Assembly: GCA_022710715.1 (NCBI GenBank)
Contig: JAKLGJ010000001.1
Span: forward strand, 106,041-170,040
DNA length: 64,000 bases
Source of the DNA: Candidatus Omnitrophota bacterium
GTDB taxonomy: Bacteria > Omnitrophota > Gorgyraeia > Gygaellales > Profunditerraquicolaceae
Direction: 5' to 3'
Positions 41,366 through 52,382 of the stretch are shown piece after piece. The translations under genes and the position numbers were made by a program. A model generated the notes under the pieces. It had not been told where the DNA came from. It saw nothing but the letters and a program-made list of their open reading frames with translations, and did no database searches. Every line of letters begins with the position of its first letter. Within the stretch, counting starts at the first letter, position 1.

Positions 41366-44170
41366 ATGGACTACAAAAGCACGCTGAATTTACCCAAAAC
41401 CGATTTTCCCATGAAAGGGGATCTGCCCAGACGCGAGCCCGAGTTCCTGCAGAAATGGAACGAAGCGGATATCTACGGACAGTTGCGCGCGCAGGGTAAA
41501 GACAGGAAGAAATATGTTTTGCACGACGGGCCGCCGTATGCCAACGGTAATATCCATATCGGCCACGCCCTGAACAAGACGCTGAAGGATTTTATCGTCA
41601 AATACAAGACCATGCGCGGCTTCGACGCTCCGTATGTGCCCGGATGGGACTGTCACGGCCTCCCGGTGGAGCACGCGCTTTTCAAGGAACTCAAGATCGG
41701 CAAGCACCAGATCGACCAGGTGGAGTTCCGCAAAAAAGCCCACGATTACGCCATGAAATACGTGGCTTTGCAGCGGGAAGAATTCAAGCGGCTGGGGGTT
41801 TTCGGGGAATGGGAGAATCCGTATCTGACCTTGAGCCACGAATACGAAGAAGGGATCGTGGCTTCATTCGCGACCCTGGTCAAGAAAGGGTATATTTACC
41901 GCGGCCTCAAGCCGGTGAATTGGTGTTATAAATGCGAGACCGCGCTGGCGGAAGCGGAAGTGGAGTACGAGAACCACACTTCTCCGTCGATCTTCGTCAA
42001 ATTCGCATTGCAGGACGCGCCGCTGTTTCCCGATGGCGGCTTTCTGGTGATCTGGACCACCACGCCCTGGACATTGATCGCCAATGTCGCGGTCGCGGTC
42101 AATCCGAATTTCGTTTATTCCTATATCAAGACCGACAAGGGGAATCTCATTGTAGCCAATGTCCGGCTGGGCGTGCTGGAAAAGATGGGTATCTCCCGAT
42201 ACGAGGTCATCCGCGAGATCAAAGGCAAGGAGCTTGAAGGGCTGACCTATATCCATCCGTTCAATCTGCGCAGCGGCAAGGTCGTGCTGGCCGATTATGT
42301 TTCCGCCGAAGACGGTACCGGCCTGGTGCATACCGCTCCCGGACACGGAGCCGAGGATTATCTTACCGGGTTGAAATACAAGCTGGAGATCGTCATGCCC
42401 GTGGACAACCGGGGCAATTTCGACGAAAGCGCCGGCGAGTTCAAGGGGATAAACGTCTACGACGCCAACAAGCTGATCATCGAGAAACTTCAGGCGCAGG
42501 GGAATCTTTTGCTGACGGAGAATTTTCAGCATTCCTATCCGCATTGCTGGCGGTGCAAGAAACCGATCATCTTCCGGGCCACCAATCAGTGGTTCCTGGA
42601 GATCGATCATGACGGTCTGCGCACAAAAGTGCTCGCGGAGATAAAAGACAAGATCACGTTCGTGCCGGAAGCCGGAAGGGAGCGGATCGCGGCGATGGTC
42701 GAACTGCGCCCCGACTGGTGTTTATCCAGGCAGCGTTACTGGGGAGTTCCCATACCGTCGGTGATCTGCAAGAAATGCGGGGAGGAGATTCTGGATTTGC
42801 ACGTGATCGAAAAATTCCGGCAGTTCACCGCCAGCGAAGGCACGGACTGCTGGTTTATCCGTCCGGTGACCGATTTCACCGCTCCGGGATTCCAGTGCTC
42901 TCGATGCACGGGAAGTGTTTTTTCCAAAGGCTCGGATATACTCGACGTCTGGTTCGATTCCGGGGTCAGCCATCAGGCGGTCTTACGCAAGCGGGATTAT
43001 TTAGGATTCCCCAGCGATCTGTATCTGGAAGGTTCGGATCAGCACCGCGGCTGGTTCCAGTCGTCGCTGATCCCGGCCATGTGCATCGAAGGGCGGTCGC
43101 CTTTTAAAAGCGTCCTGACGCACGGCCATGTCGTAGACGGGGAAGGCCGCAAGATGTCCAAATCCATGGGCAACGTCATCCCGCCGCAGGATATCATCAA
43201 GAAGTCGGGCGCGGATATCATCAGATTGTGGGTGGCTTCCAGCGATTACAATGAAGATATCCGCATCTCGGAACAGATCCTGATGCGCCTGGTCGAGGCG
43301 TACCGCAAGATACGCAATACCGCCAAGTTCATATTGAGCAATCTGTACGATTTCGATCCGGATACCGACAGGGTAGCCTTGAAAGATATGAAACGCATCG
43401 ATAAATGGATCGTTTCCCGGCTGGAAGCGGTGTATCTGCAGGTAACGCAGAGTTACGACGCGTTCGAGTTCAACAAGGCGTATAAGGGGATCTATGATTT
43501 CTGCAACGAAGACCTGTCCATGTATTATCTCGATATGGTAAAGGGCAGGCTGTATACCGCCGGCGCCGCTTCGGTCGAACGCCGCGCAGCCCAGACCGCG
43601 TTATACGAGATCATCAATGCGTTGACCCGGTTGATGGCGCCCATTCTTGTTTTTACCGGCGAGGATATCTGGCACTATCTTCCCAGGAGCAAAGCGGACA
43701 GGTCGCTGGCGAGCGTGCACCTGGCTTCCTGGCCGCAGCTGTCTTTTGCACAGGCGCAGTTTTCCGAACAGGATAAGGCCGATGTCGCCGCTATTACCGG
43801 CGCCATCGAACTTATTCCGACAGTCACCAAGCTGCTTGAAGAGAAGCGCGTCGCCGGGCTGATCGGGAGTTCTTTTGAGGCAGCAATAAAACTATTGACA
43901 AAAGACCAGAACAGGTATAATTATTTAGATGGTCTGCGGATGGATTTGACCGAGATTTTCAAGGTCTCGTCTATTGAGATAAGCAAGACAGACTCATTGA
44001 GCGGCACGCATTCGGTGTCTCCGGCATGTCCCGATCTGGCTTTTGACGTGACCAAAGCGGGGGGACAGAAATGCGAACGCTGCTGGAATTACGCCCAGGA
44101 AGGTCAGAAAGATTCTGATCAAACGTTTCTCTGCACCCGATGTCTGTCTGTAGTGCAAGGAGGGAAATAG
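41366..44170 (+). CDS. ileS: isoleucine--tRNA ligase
   Basis: HIGH ([14 protein letters not shown]) and KMSKS motifs, CP1 editing domain, C-terminal zinc finger (CERCWNY...CTRC), 934 aa. Confidence 0.95.
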   Translation: MDYKSTLNLPKTDFPMKGDLPRREPEFLQKWNEADIYGQLRAQGKDRKKYVLHDGPPYANGNIHIGHALNKTLKDFIVKYKTMRGFDAPYVPGWDCHGLPVEHALFKELKIGKHQIDQVEFRKKAHDYAMKYVALQREEFKRLGVFGEWENPYLTLSHEYEEGIVASFATLVKKGYIYRGLKPVNWCYKCETALAEAEVEYENHTSPSIFVKFALQDAPLFPDGGFLVIWTTTPWTLIANVAVAVNPNFVYSYIKTDKGNLIVANVRLGVLEKMGISRYEVIREIKGKELEGLTYIHPFNLRSGKVVLADYVSAEDGTGLVHTAPGHGAEDYLTGLKYKLEIVMPVDNRGNFDESAGEFKGINVYDANKLIIEKLQAQGNLLLTENFQHSYPHCWRCKKPIIFRATNQWFLEIDHDGLRTKVLAEIKDKITFVPEAGRERIAAMVELRPDWCLSRQRYWGVPIPSVICKKCGEEILDLHVIEKFRQFTASEGTDCWFIRPVTDFTAPGFQCSRCTGSVFSKGSDILDVWFDSGVSHQAVLRKRDYLGFPSDLYLEGSDQHRGWFQSSLIPAMCIEGRSPFKSVLTHGHVVDGEGRKMSKSMGNVIPPQDIIKKSGADIIRLWVASSDYNEDIRISEQILMRLVEAYRKIRNTAKFILSNLYDFDPDTDRVALKDMKRIDKWIVSRLEAVYLQVTQSYDAFEFNKAYKGIYDFCNEDLSMYYLDMVKGRLYTAGAASVERRAAQTALYEIINALTRLMAPILVFTGEDIWHYLPRSKADRSLASVHLASWPQLSFAQAQFSEQDKADVAAITGAIELIPTVTKLLEEKRVAGLIGSSFEAAIKLLTKDQNRYNYLDGLRMDLTEIFKVSSIEISKTDSLSGTHSVSPACPDLAFDVTKAGGQKCERCWNYAQEGQKDSDQTFLCTRCLSVVQGGK

Positions 44171-44171
44171 A

Positions 44172-44552
44172 TTGAAAAAGAAACTGAACAAAAAAGAACT
44201 TGCCGATTACAAAAAGCTTATCGCAAAGAAAAAGAGCGAACTGGTTGATGAGATCAGTAATCTCAAGGCGGAAACCCAGAAATCGCAGAAGGACGCTGCC
44301 GGGGACATTTCAGGGTATACCTATCATATGGCGGATGTGGCAACCGATACGTATGACAGGGAATTTTCTCTGGGGCTTGTTTCTAACGAACGCAAAGTGC
44401 TCTATGAGCTGGATGACGCTCTCAAGAGAATAGAGGATGGGACGTTCGGCATCTGCGAGGATTGCGGCGAGCAGATCTCAAAATCCAGGTTGAAGGCGCT
44501 TCCGTATGCCCGTCTGTGTGTCGCCTGCCAGGAGAAGAAAGACAAGCGTTGA
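44172..44552 (+). CDS. DksA/TraR-family C4 zinc-finger protein
   Basis: Coiled-coil N-terminus and a C-terminal CEDCGEQI...CVAC zinc finger, 126 aa. Confidence 0.75.
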   Translation: MKKKLNKKELADYKKLIAKKKSELVDEISNLKAETQKSQKDAAGDISGYTYHMADVATDTYDREFSLGLVSNERKVLYELDDALKRIEDGTFGICEDCGEQISKSRLKALPYARLCVACQEKKDKR

Positions 44553-44563
44553 TCTTGCCGCGG

Positions 44564-45007
44564 ATGATAGTCACTCTAATCCTATTGATTCTTGCCTGCG
44601 ATCAATGTACCAAGCTGCTGTGCGCGCGCTATCTTACCCTGCATCAGTCCCTTCCCGTTGTTAAAGGATTTTTCCATCTGACACTGGTTCACAACCGCGG
44701 GGCGGCTTTCGGCATAGGCAAAGGGCACGTGCTGTTCTTTGTTTTTACCTCTCTGTGCGCGATCGTTTTTATCGTTCTCAATTTCAGGAAGAGCACCGCT
44801 TTTGTCCGTTGCTCTCTGGCGTTGATCCTGGCCGGCGCGGTCGGCAATCTTATCGACCGGCTCCTGTTCGGCTATGTGGTCGACTTCCTGGATCTGCGCA
44901 TCTGGCCGGTATTCAATGTCGCCGACAGCGCCATCACCGTCGGGGCGTTGTTCCTGGTATACCGTATATTCAAGGACTCGCGTTCACCGGCAGCCGGAAC
45001 GAGTTAA
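44564..45007 (+). CDS. lspA: lipoprotein signal peptidase (SPase II)
   Basis: 4-TM protein with NRGAAFG and FNVAD motifs. Conserved ileS-lspA linkage. ATG at 44564; an upstream TTG is possible. Confidence 0.85.
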   Translation: MIVTLILLILACDQCTKLLCARYLTLHQSLPVVKGFFHLTLVHNRGAAFGIGKGHVLFFVFTSLCAIVFIVLNFRKSTAFVRCSLALILAGAVGNLIDRLLFGYVVDFLDLRIWPVFNVADSAITVGALFLVYRIFKDSRSPAAGTS

Positions 45008-45030
45008 CCGCATAAATCACGCCGTAAAAC

Positions 45031-45951
45031 ATGCACACCACCCATACCATCGCCGTCGGACCGCAGGACGATCAAAAACGTCTGGATATCCTGCTCGCTA
45101 CTTTCGTCGCAACCCGCAAGCTCGGTTGTTCCCGGACTGCTTTGCAGTCCATGATCAAGGACGGCGCGGTCACGGTTGACGGCGCGGCAGCGACCAAGCC
45201 GCATCTGCGTCTTAAAACCGGTCAGGTCGTGGAGTTGCTTCTGCAGGAAAAAAAAGAGCGCATTTTGAAGGGGGAGGATATCCCGCTGGAGGTTATCTTC
45301 GAGGACGACGATGTGATCGTGATCAACAAGCCCGCAGGGCTGGTGGTGCATCCCGCTCCCGGGAACGCCGAGCATACCCTGGTCAACGCTTTACTCCACC
45401 ATTGTGCGGCGCTTTCCGATATCAATCCGGTCCGGCCGGGGATCGTTCACCGGCTGGATAAGGACACCTCCGGGGTGATGGTGGCGGCAAAGAACAACCC
45501 CGCGCATCTGCATCTGGCGGCTCAATTCGCCGAGCATACCATTAAACGGATGTATGTCGCGCTGGTCACGGGCGCAATGGAATTTCAGGAACATGTCATT
45601 GAGATGTCCATCGGCAGGCATCCGGTGCATTATAAACAGATGGCTGTGGGCATTGGCCGGAATCCCAAACACGCCAAGACCTATTATCGTACCGTGCACC
45701 GTTGTGCGCAAGCCAGTCTGGTAGAATTGCATCCGTTCACCGGCAGAACGCATCAGTTGCGGGTACACCTGGCGTTCCTCGGCCATCCCATCCTGGGCGA
45801 TGTCACTTACGGGAACAAAGATTCGTTCAGCCGGCTGGCTTTGCACGCCAAAGTCCTGGGGTTTGAACATCCCCGGACCGGCAGATTCGTAGAGTTCAAA
45901 GCGCCGCTGCCGAAGGAATTTGCGCGGTTTATCAAAAAGACCTTTGTCTAA
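45031..45951 (+). CDS. rluD: 23S rRNA pseudouridine synthase, RluA/RluD family
   Basis: N-terminal S4 domain and the catalytic HRLDKDTSG motif. Confidence 0.88.
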   Translation: MHTTHTIAVGPQDDQKRLDILLATFVATRKLGCSRTALQSMIKDGAVTVDGAAATKPHLRLKTGQVVELLLQEKKERILKGEDIPLEVIFEDDDVIVINKPAGLVVHPAPGNAEHTLVNALLHHCAALSDINPVRPGIVHRLDKDTSGVMVAAKNNPAHLHLAAQFAEHTIKRMYVALVTGAMEFQEHVIEMSIGRHPVHYKQMAVGIGRNPKHAKTYYRTVHRCAQASLVELHPFTGRTHQLRVHLAFLGHPILGDVTYGNKDSFSRLALHAKVLGFEHPRTGRFVEFKAPLPKEFARFIKKTFV

Positions 45952-46027
45952 AAAAATTCTTGCTTTTTATATAACTAATGATATCATAAGCAGATGAGAG
46001 GGACAGTTAAATGACAAGGAGGAGGAG

Positions 46028-46834
46028 ATGGCTGGAAAGAACCCAGGGGTAGTCATACTAATCATAATCTTACTCGTTGTTGCCGTCGGGTTGGGCGGGG
46101 GTGGTTATTATCTTCTTCAAGAGGAGAAAGCGAAATTCGAAGAATTGAAAATACAGTATGATGAAATGGAGCGCAAATATAAAGCTGCGTCCGAAGAAGT
46201 TGAAGATAAGAAGAGTAAGATATTGAGCCTGGAAAGCAGACTTTCCGAAGCCAATTCACAGGTGTCCACGCTGACCAGTTCTCTCGATAAGGAGAAATCA
46301 ACCCGGGCCCAGATTCAGGGAGAGCTTGAGCAGATGAAGGCTGATCTGGTCAAGGCGCAGTCGGTCAAATCCGATCTGGAGAAAAAGCTTGTTGCCTCCG
46401 AAAATACGGTTAAAGAAGTCGACGCCCGGCTTAAAGAGATGGAAAAACAGCTCCAGGAAGCCGATAAGAAGAAAGCCGCGCTTGAGCGTAAGGTCAAAGT
46501 CCTCGAAGAAAAGGTCCAGAGCGTAGAGCTGGGAAAGATCGTGGTCAGCCCTGAAGGGCCCAAGGCCGCCGCAGCCGCAGGTGCACCGGCCGGAAAACTG
46601 CTTGAAGGACGGGTGCTGATCGTGAATAAAGATTTCAAATTCGCCGTGCTTAACCTCGGCGCTAAAGACGGCATAGAGGTAGGCAGCATATTCGCCGTAT
46701 TCCATAATAATAAGAACATCGGCGAAGTAAAGGTCGAACGCGTCCATGAAAGCATGGCAGCTGCGGGATTTGTGCAGCCTGATCTCAAAGACAAAGTTGC
46801 CGAAGGCGACGTAGTAGTTCAGAGCGCAAAATAA
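46028..46834 (+). CDS. hypothetical membrane-anchored coiled-coil protein with C-terminal beta-rich domain
   Basis: N-terminal TM (VVILIIILLVVAVGLGGGGYY), ~150 aa of heptad coiled coil (E/K-rich), a poly-Ala linker, and a ~90-aa C-terminal domain. No family recognised. Confidence 0.5.
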   Translation: MAGKNPGVVILIIILLVVAVGLGGGGYYLLQEEKAKFEELKIQYDEMERKYKAASEEVEDKKSKILSLESRLSEANSQVSTLTSSLDKEKSTRAQIQGELEQMKADLVKAQSVKSDLEKKLVASENTVKEVDARLKEMEKQLQEADKKKAALERKVKVLEEKVQSVELGKIVVSPEGPKAAAAAGAPAGKLLEGRVLIVNKDFKFAVLNLGAKDGIEVGSIFAVFHNNKNIGEVKVERVHESMAAAGFVQPDLKDKVAEGDVVVQSAK

Positions 46835-46837
46835 GTA

Positions 46838-48184
46838 ATGAGTTCCTGCTCACTGGAGACCGCCCGCTCCCTTCGGGGAGCGGTGATTCTCCCCGGGGAT
46901 AAATCCATAGCGCATCGCGCGCTGATGATCGGCGCGATCGCCCGCGGAATTACCCGGATAGATAATTTTCCGCTTCACAACGATTCTGCCGCGACAGTCA
47001 ACGCCTTACGCGCGCTGGGCATCCGCATAGTCAGTCTCTCTCCCACCAATAAACGCAGTATTAAAGTGTATGGCCGCTTTTTGCGGGGGTTTTGTGTTCC
47101 CCGTAAACCGGTGCACACCGGGGAGTCCGGAACCACGCTGCGCCTGCTTCTGGGCATCCTGGCCGGGCAGTCTTTTACGACCCGGGTCACTGCTGCGCCT
47201 TCGTTGAGCAGCCGGCCGATGCGCCGGATCACCGAACCGCTGCGCCGCATGGGAGCGCGGATAGAAGCCAGAAAGAAGGCGGGGGCATTGGAAGAGTATC
47301 CGCCTTTGACTATCCGGGGAGGAGAGTTGCAGCCGATTACCTGGAGCATGGTCGTGGCATCGGCTCAAGTCAAATCCGCGATCTTGCTGGCGGGATTATA
47401 CGCGCGCGGTAAAACTACCATCAGGGAACCGGTCAAAACCCGTGATCATACTGAACGCATGCTTAAGGCGTTCCAGGCCAGAATCAAAACATTTGAAAAT
47501 GCGATAGTTATACAAGGCGGGCGGGAATTGCGATCTCCCGGCAGGATATATGTGCCCGGGGATATCTCATCAGCGAGTTTTTTTCTGGTTGCGGCTTGTC
47601 TGGTGCCGGACTCCAGGCTGGTCTTAAAGCAGGTCGGGCTTAATCCTTCCCGCAGCGGGATATTGAAAGTGCTTAAAAGAATGAAGGCGGATATTTCCAT
47701 TGCGCGGGTAAATGATGTAAATTCGCGCAAAAAAAGGAGTTTTGAGCCTTCGGGAACTCTGGTGGCCAGGAGCAGTCAGTTAAGGGGGACCACGGTACTC
47801 CGGAAAGAGATCCCTTCCCTGATCGATGAATTGCCCATCCTGATGGTTGCCGCATCGCTGGCGCAAGGCAGGACCGTTTTTCGAGGCGTGGAAGAGTTGC
47901 GGGTCAAGGAAACGGACCGGATCCGTTCCATGACCGGGAACCTGCGGGCGATGGGCGCGGATATCTCCGTTATCCGGCAAGGGGGCAGGGAGAGCATCGT
48001 GATTAAGGGGCCCCGGTTGTTACGCGGCTGCCGGGTGAGCAGTTTCGGCGATCACCGTACCGCCATGAGCCTGATCGTAGCCGGTTTGTGCGCCCGCGGC
48101 AGAACTACGGTTACCGGCACCGAATGCATAGCCAAATCATTCCCCGGCTTTCTGGAAACACTCACACCGTTGATCAAATCCTAG
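46838..48184 (+). CDS. aroA: 3-phosphoshikimate 1-carboxyvinyltransferase (EPSP synthase)
   Basis: LPGDKSIAHRALM and the class-II-type EPSPS fold, 448 aa. Confidence 0.88.
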   Translation: MSSCSLETARSLRGAVILPGDKSIAHRALMIGAIARGITRIDNFPLHNDSAATVNALRALGIRIVSLSPTNKRSIKVYGRFLRGFCVPRKPVHTGESGTTLRLLLGILAGQSFTTRVTAAPSLSSRPMRRITEPLRRMGARIEARKKAGALEEYPPLTIRGGELQPITWSMVVASAQVKSAILLAGLYARGKTTIREPVKTRDHTERMLKAFQARIKTFENAIVIQGGRELRSPGRIYVPGDISSASFFLVAACLVPDSRLVLKQVGLNPSRSGILKVLKRMKADISIARVNDVNSRKKRSFEPSGTLVARSSQLRGTTVLRKEIPSLIDELPILMVAASLAQGRTVFRGVEELRVKETDRIRSMTGNLRAMGADISVIRQGGRESIVIKGPRLLRGCRVSSFGDHRTAMSLIVAGLCARGRTTVTGTECIAKSFPGFLETLTPLIKS

Positions 48185-48245
48185 CGCTATTCCTTTTCGC
48201 CCGGCTTTCGCTTATCCTTCCGGGTTCATTCAGATAACATTTTGT

Positions 48246-48274
48246 TTGACATGGTGTTTAATCTCTGCTACAAT
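48246..48274 (+). promoter_or_regulatory. sigma70 promoter of the mreB operon (TTGACA-17-TACAAT)
   Basis: TTGACA 48246-48251, 17-nt spacer, TACAAT 48269-48274. Confidence 0.6.
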
Positions 48275-48336
48275 TCAAAAAATAGCCTAACCTATTGTGC
48301 TTTTTGGAATAATCAGCGCTTTTTAAGGAGAATGAA

Positions 48337-49410
48337 ATGGGTAAATTCAATGAGGTAATGAAGAAAACCTTAGATTATGTTTTCGGCTTATTCTCCAATG
48401 ATATGGGTATTGATCTGGGCACAGCATCCACTCTGGTTTACGTTAAAGGAGAGGGTGTGGTTTTGTGCGAGCCTTCGGTTGTGGCTATTGAAAAAGGTAC
48501 CTCTAAAGTGTTGGCCGTAGGGGAAGAAGCCAAGCGCATGCTGGGCAGGACTCCCGGTAATATTGTGGCGATTCGTCCAATGAAAGACGGCGTTATCGCC
48601 GATTTTGAGATTACCGAAGCCATGTTGAGGTATTTTATCAAAAAAGTGCATCACCGCAGGGTTCTGGTGCGGCCGCGCATTCTCATTGCCATTCCTTCCG
48701 GTATCACCGAAGTCGAGAAACGCGCAGTCAAAGATTCCGCGGAACGCGCCGGCGCGCGCGAAGTGTTCCTGATCGAGGAGCCGGTAGCCGCCGCTATAGG
48801 CGTGGGATTGCCGATACAGGAACCGATCGGCAATATGATCATCGATATCGGCGGCGGGACCACGGAGATCGCGGTGATCTCTCTGGCCGGGATCGTTTTT
48901 TCCAAATCCATCCGCATCGGCGGCGACGAAATGGATCAGGCGGTGATCGAGTATCTCAAGAAAACCTATAATTTGATGATCGGCGAGCGCACGGCGGAGT
49001 ATATCAAGATCAAGATCGGTTCAGCCTATCCCCTGGAAGAAGAAATGACCCTGGAAGTTAAAGGGAGGGATCTGGTCGCCGGGTTGCCCAAGACCGTGGC
49101 GATTACTTCCGAAGAGATCCGGGATGCGTTGCAGGAGCCTTTGCGGGCGATCCTGGAAGCCACCAAGATCGCGCTCGAGCGCACGCCGCCGGAGTTGTCC
49201 GGAGATTTGATCGAGAACGGTATCGTGATGGCCGGCGGCGGTTCCTTGCTGCGGGGCATCGATAAATTGATTTCCGAAGAGACCGGCCTTCCCGTGCATG
49301 TGGCTGAAGATCCTCTGACCGGGGTAGTCTGCGGCACCGGCAAAGTTCTCAACGAGATACATTACTTGAAGAAAGTGACCGTCCCGGTGAAATCAGAGAT
49401 GCATTCTTGA
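48337..49410 (+). CDS. mreB: rod shape-determining protein MreB
   Basis: Actin-like; [10 protein letters not shown] phosphate-1, [11 protein letters not shown] phosphate-2, 357 aa. Confidence 0.95.
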   Translation: MGKFNEVMKKTLDYVFGLFSNDMGIDLGTASTLVYVKGEGVVLCEPSVVAIEKGTSKVLAVGEEAKRMLGRTPGNIVAIRPMKDGVIADFEITEAMLRYFIKKVHHRRVLVRPRILIAIPSGITEVEKRAVKDSAERAGAREVFLIEEPVAAAIGVGLPIQEPIGNMIIDIGGGTTEIAVISLAGIVFSKSIRIGGDEMDQAVIEYLKKTYNLMIGERTAEYIKIKIGSAYPLEEEMTLEVKGRDLVAGLPKTVAITSEEIRDALQEPLRAILEATKIALERTPPELSGDLIENGIVMAGGGSLLRGIDKLISEETGLPVHVAEDPLTGVVCGTGKVLNEIHYLKKVTVPVKSEMHS

Positions 49411-49429
49411 CGTCTATCCATAGAGAAAT

Positions 49430-50203
49430 GTGTTCAAGCTTACCCAGAAACGTGTAATCGTTTCAGTAGTTCTCGCTTCTTTCATCCTTGTCTGCGCAGC
49501 TATTGTTCCCGGGCTGCGCTCTCCGTTTTTATCGGTTATCCGCCTGCCCCTGGTTGTTTTCAGCGCACTAGGAAGAGAAATTAACGGCATCGTTTTCTAT
49601 CACCGCAATTATGTGGATGCTTCGCGTTTGCGCGGCAACAACGATTTTCTGCGCAGTGAACTTAACCGTCGGCAGGAGGAGCGTCAGGAGCTGCTGCGGG
49701 TCAAGCAATTGCTGGAAATGAAGGAACAGGTCGGATATAAGGTGATCGCCGCGCGGGTGATCGGTCGTGATCCGTCGAACTGGGCGTCCGCGGTGATCAT
49801 CGACAAAGGAACGACGCATGGCATCCGCAAAGGGTACGTGATAGTGACGTTCCTGGGATTGGCCGGCAGGGTGGTCGATGCCGGTCAGGCAACCAGCGTG
49901 GTGATGTTGATCAATGACCCCCACGTGAGCGTTTCCAGCCGTATTCAACGTACCCGCCAGGAAGGCATGGTCAGCGGCAGCCTGGGAGGAACGTTGATCA
50001 TGAAATTCCTCCCCAAAGACAGCGATATTGCGGTCGGCGACCAGGTGATTACCTCCGGGTTGACGCCGCTTTACCCCAAAGGATTATTGATCGGTTCGGT
50101 GACCGCTATCGGCGCGGATTTTTCGGGCGCGAGCACCTACGCGATTATCCGTCCGGCTGTTGATCTGTCGGCTCTGGAAGAAGTCCTGGTGATAATGCCA
50201 TGA
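49430..50203 (+). CDS. mreC: rod shape-determining protein MreC
   Basis: N-terminal TM, coiled coil, C-terminal beta domains; position after mreB. Confidence 0.8.
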   Translation: MFKLTQKRVIVSVVLASFILVCAAIVPGLRSPFLSVIRLPLVVFSALGREINGIVFYHRNYVDASRLRGNNDFLRSELNRRQEERQELLRVKQLLEMKEQVGYKVIAARVIGRDPSNWASAVIIDKGTTHGIRKGYVIVTFLGLAGRVVDAGQATSVVMLINDPHVSVSSRIQRTRQEGMVSGSLGGTLIMKFLPKDSDIAVGDQVITSGLTPLYPKGLLIGSVTAIGADFSGASTYAIIRPAVDLSALEEVLVIMP

Positions 50204-50673
50204 AGAAATTCAAGCTGGTATGTCTGTTCGCGCTCTGTCTCTGCGCGCAGGCAACGCTCTTGTCGCGCATAAACCTGTTCGGGGTAAAACCCGATTTTTT
50301 TCTGGTTACGGTTGCCCTGGCAGCCATTTTTTTTTCCACGCGTGAAGCGATTATATTCGCTTTGTGCTGCGGTTGCCTGAAAGATGTCCTGGGCATCCAG
50401 TCGTTCGGGATACATACCGTTTTCTTTGTTTTCTGGACCCTGGTGATCAGACAGCTGGTAAAGCGGTTCTCTTTCGAGAACGCGTTTTTTGCCAGCGGTC
50501 TGTTTTTTCTTATCCTGGCGTTCAATGAGATTGTCGCCCGTTTCGCTCTGGCTTCGGCGGGAATAGACGTTGCGCTGGGTATCTCGATGAGGATCATTAT
50601 CGTGAGCGCCTGTCTGGGCACAGTCGTATTCTATTATTTCTTCCAGTATACGTACAAACTGCTGTACCGATGA
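50200..50673 (+). CDS. mreD: rod shape-determining protein MreD
   Basis: 5-TM small membrane protein at the canonical mreD position, 157 aa. Confidence 0.7.
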   Translation: MKKFKLVCLFALCLCAQATLLSRINLFGVKPDFFLVTVALAAIFFSTREAIIFALCCGCLKDVLGIQSFGIHTVFFVFWTLVIRQLVKRFSFENAFFASGLFFLILAFNEIVARFALASAGIDVALGISMRIIIVSACLGTVVFYYFFQYTYKLLYR

Positions 50674-52382
50674 GAGTAAAAATTTTCCATCTCACCGCTA
50701 TCGGGATGCTGACTTTTCTTCTGTTGAGCCTGTTTTCCATGCAGGTGGTCAGAGGACGGGCTTACCGGTCGTTGAGCGACAAGAATTGCATCAGGCTTAT
50801 CCCGCAGAAAGGCAGCCGCGGCGACATAACCGATCGTAACGGCACGGTGATCGCCGGCAGCGCCATAGCGTATGATATCGTGATCTTGCCCCAGGAAGTC
50901 GCCCAGATAGATAAAACCCTGATCGCTTTATCCCGGGTGGTGGGTATCGAACCGGCGCAATTAAGGAAGAATTTTCGCCGGTTCTACACGTCTCCCAGCA
51001 TGCCGGTAACCGTGCTCAAGAACGTCGATAAAGAAAAAGCGATGCGCGTGGAAGAGTTGAAGCTTGACCTTGACGGGATCATCGTGCAATCTCTGCCGTT
51101 GCGCACGTATCCTTTCGGCAAATTAGCCTGCCACGTTCTGGGATATTTGAGCGAGATCGACCACTGGCGTTTGATGAAGCTGGAAGATTACGGCTACAAG
51201 GTCGGCAATATCGTCGGCAACGGAGGGGTGGAAGAAAAATACGATTATTATGTGCGTCAGGAAGACGGCGGCCTGTCCGTCGAGGTCGACCATCAGGGGC
51301 GATTCACGCGCGTGCTGGGGTTCCGCAGCCCCCAGAAGGGAAAAGATCTTCAGTTGACCGTTGATTGGAGAATACAGAAGATCGCCGAAGATGCTCTGCA
51401 GGATTTTAGAGGAGCGGTGGTCGTTCTTGACGTGTTTACCGGCGAGATTATGGCCCTGGCCAGCGCTCCGGCGTTCGATCCGTCCGCTTTTGTCGCCAGG
51501 GACATGCTTTCCATCAACCGGTCTTTTACCGATCCGGCCGCGCCTCTGTTCAACCGTGCGATCAGCGGGTCATATCCTCCGGGTTCGGTGTTCAAGGTGA
51601 TCAGCGCGTACGGCGCTCTGGATAGAAGTAAAGTCTCTCCGGAAACCACTTTTTACTGCCCGGGGAGCGCGCAGATCGGTCGCAGACAGTTTAAATGCTG
51701 GGGCGTGCATAATGACCAGAGTCTGGTTGCCGCTATCGCTCATTCCTGCGACGTTTATTTTTACCGGCTCGGCTTGTTGCTGGGCGGCCAGGCCATCCAT
51801 GATTACGCGGTTAAGTTCGGGCTGGGAAAGACCAGCGGGGTGGAGTTGCCGTATGAAGCGACCGGATTCATTCCGAATCCGATCTGGAAGAAACTCTACC
51901 GCCTGCAGAAATGGTACGATGGAGATACGGCGAATTTCGTTATCGGCCAGGGAGAATTGCTGACTTCGCCGTTGCAATTGGCCCGGCTCATGGCGGTTTT
52001 CGCCAACGGCGGGAATCTGGTCACGCCGTTCATCGTCAAGGCGATCGGGGGGCAGGATGTCACCGCCGGGCATAAACGCGTTGTCCCGCTGCATCTGAAA
52101 CCCGCGGCGTTGCGTTCGGTTAAAGAGGGATTGCGTCAAGTCGTGGCCGACGAACAGGGTACGGCGGGCATGTTAAAGAGCGCGCCGGTAAGCATTGCCG
52201 GAAAGACCGGCACCGCAGAGATCAATAAGGTGGATGCCCATGCCTGGTTTGCCGGGTTCTTCCCGTATGAGCGGCCCCGGTTCGCCATCTGCGTTTTTCT
52301 GGAAAAAGGCGGGCACGGTTACCAGGCGAGTATGCTTACCAAAACGATCGTAGAGATGATGTTCCAGGAGGGATTGCTCTGA
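50670..52382 (+). CDS. mrdA: peptidoglycan D,D-transpeptidase MrdA (PBP2)
   Basis: N-terminal TM, PBP dimerisation domain, SVFK / SCD / KTGT transpeptidase motifs. Confidence 0.9.
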   Translation: MRVKIFHLTAIGMLTFLLLSLFSMQVVRGRAYRSLSDKNCIRLIPQKGSRGDITDRNGTVIAGSAIAYDIVILPQEVAQIDKTLIALSRVVGIEPAQLRKNFRRFYTSPSMPVTVLKNVDKEKAMRVEELKLDLDGIIVQSLPLRTYPFGKLACHVLGYLSEIDHWRLMKLEDYGYKVGNIVGNGGVEEKYDYYVRQEDGGLSVEVDHQGRFTRVLGFRSPQKGKDLQLTVDWRIQKIAEDALQDFRGAVVVLDVFTGEIMALASAPAFDPSAFVARDMLSINRSFTDPAAPLFNRAISGSYPPGSVFKVISAYGALDRSKVSPETTFYCPGSAQIGRRQFKCWGVHNDQSLVAAIAHSCDVYFYRLGLLLGGQAIHDYAVKFGLGKTSGVELPYEATGFIPNPIWKKLYRLQKWYDGDTANFVIGQGELLTSPLQLARLMAVFANGGNLVTPFIVKAIGGQDVTAGHKRVVPLHLKPAALRSVKEGLRQVVADEQGTAGMLKSAPVSIAGKTGTAEINKVDAHAWFAGFFPYERPRFAICVFLEKGGHGYQASMLTKTIVEMMFQEGLL

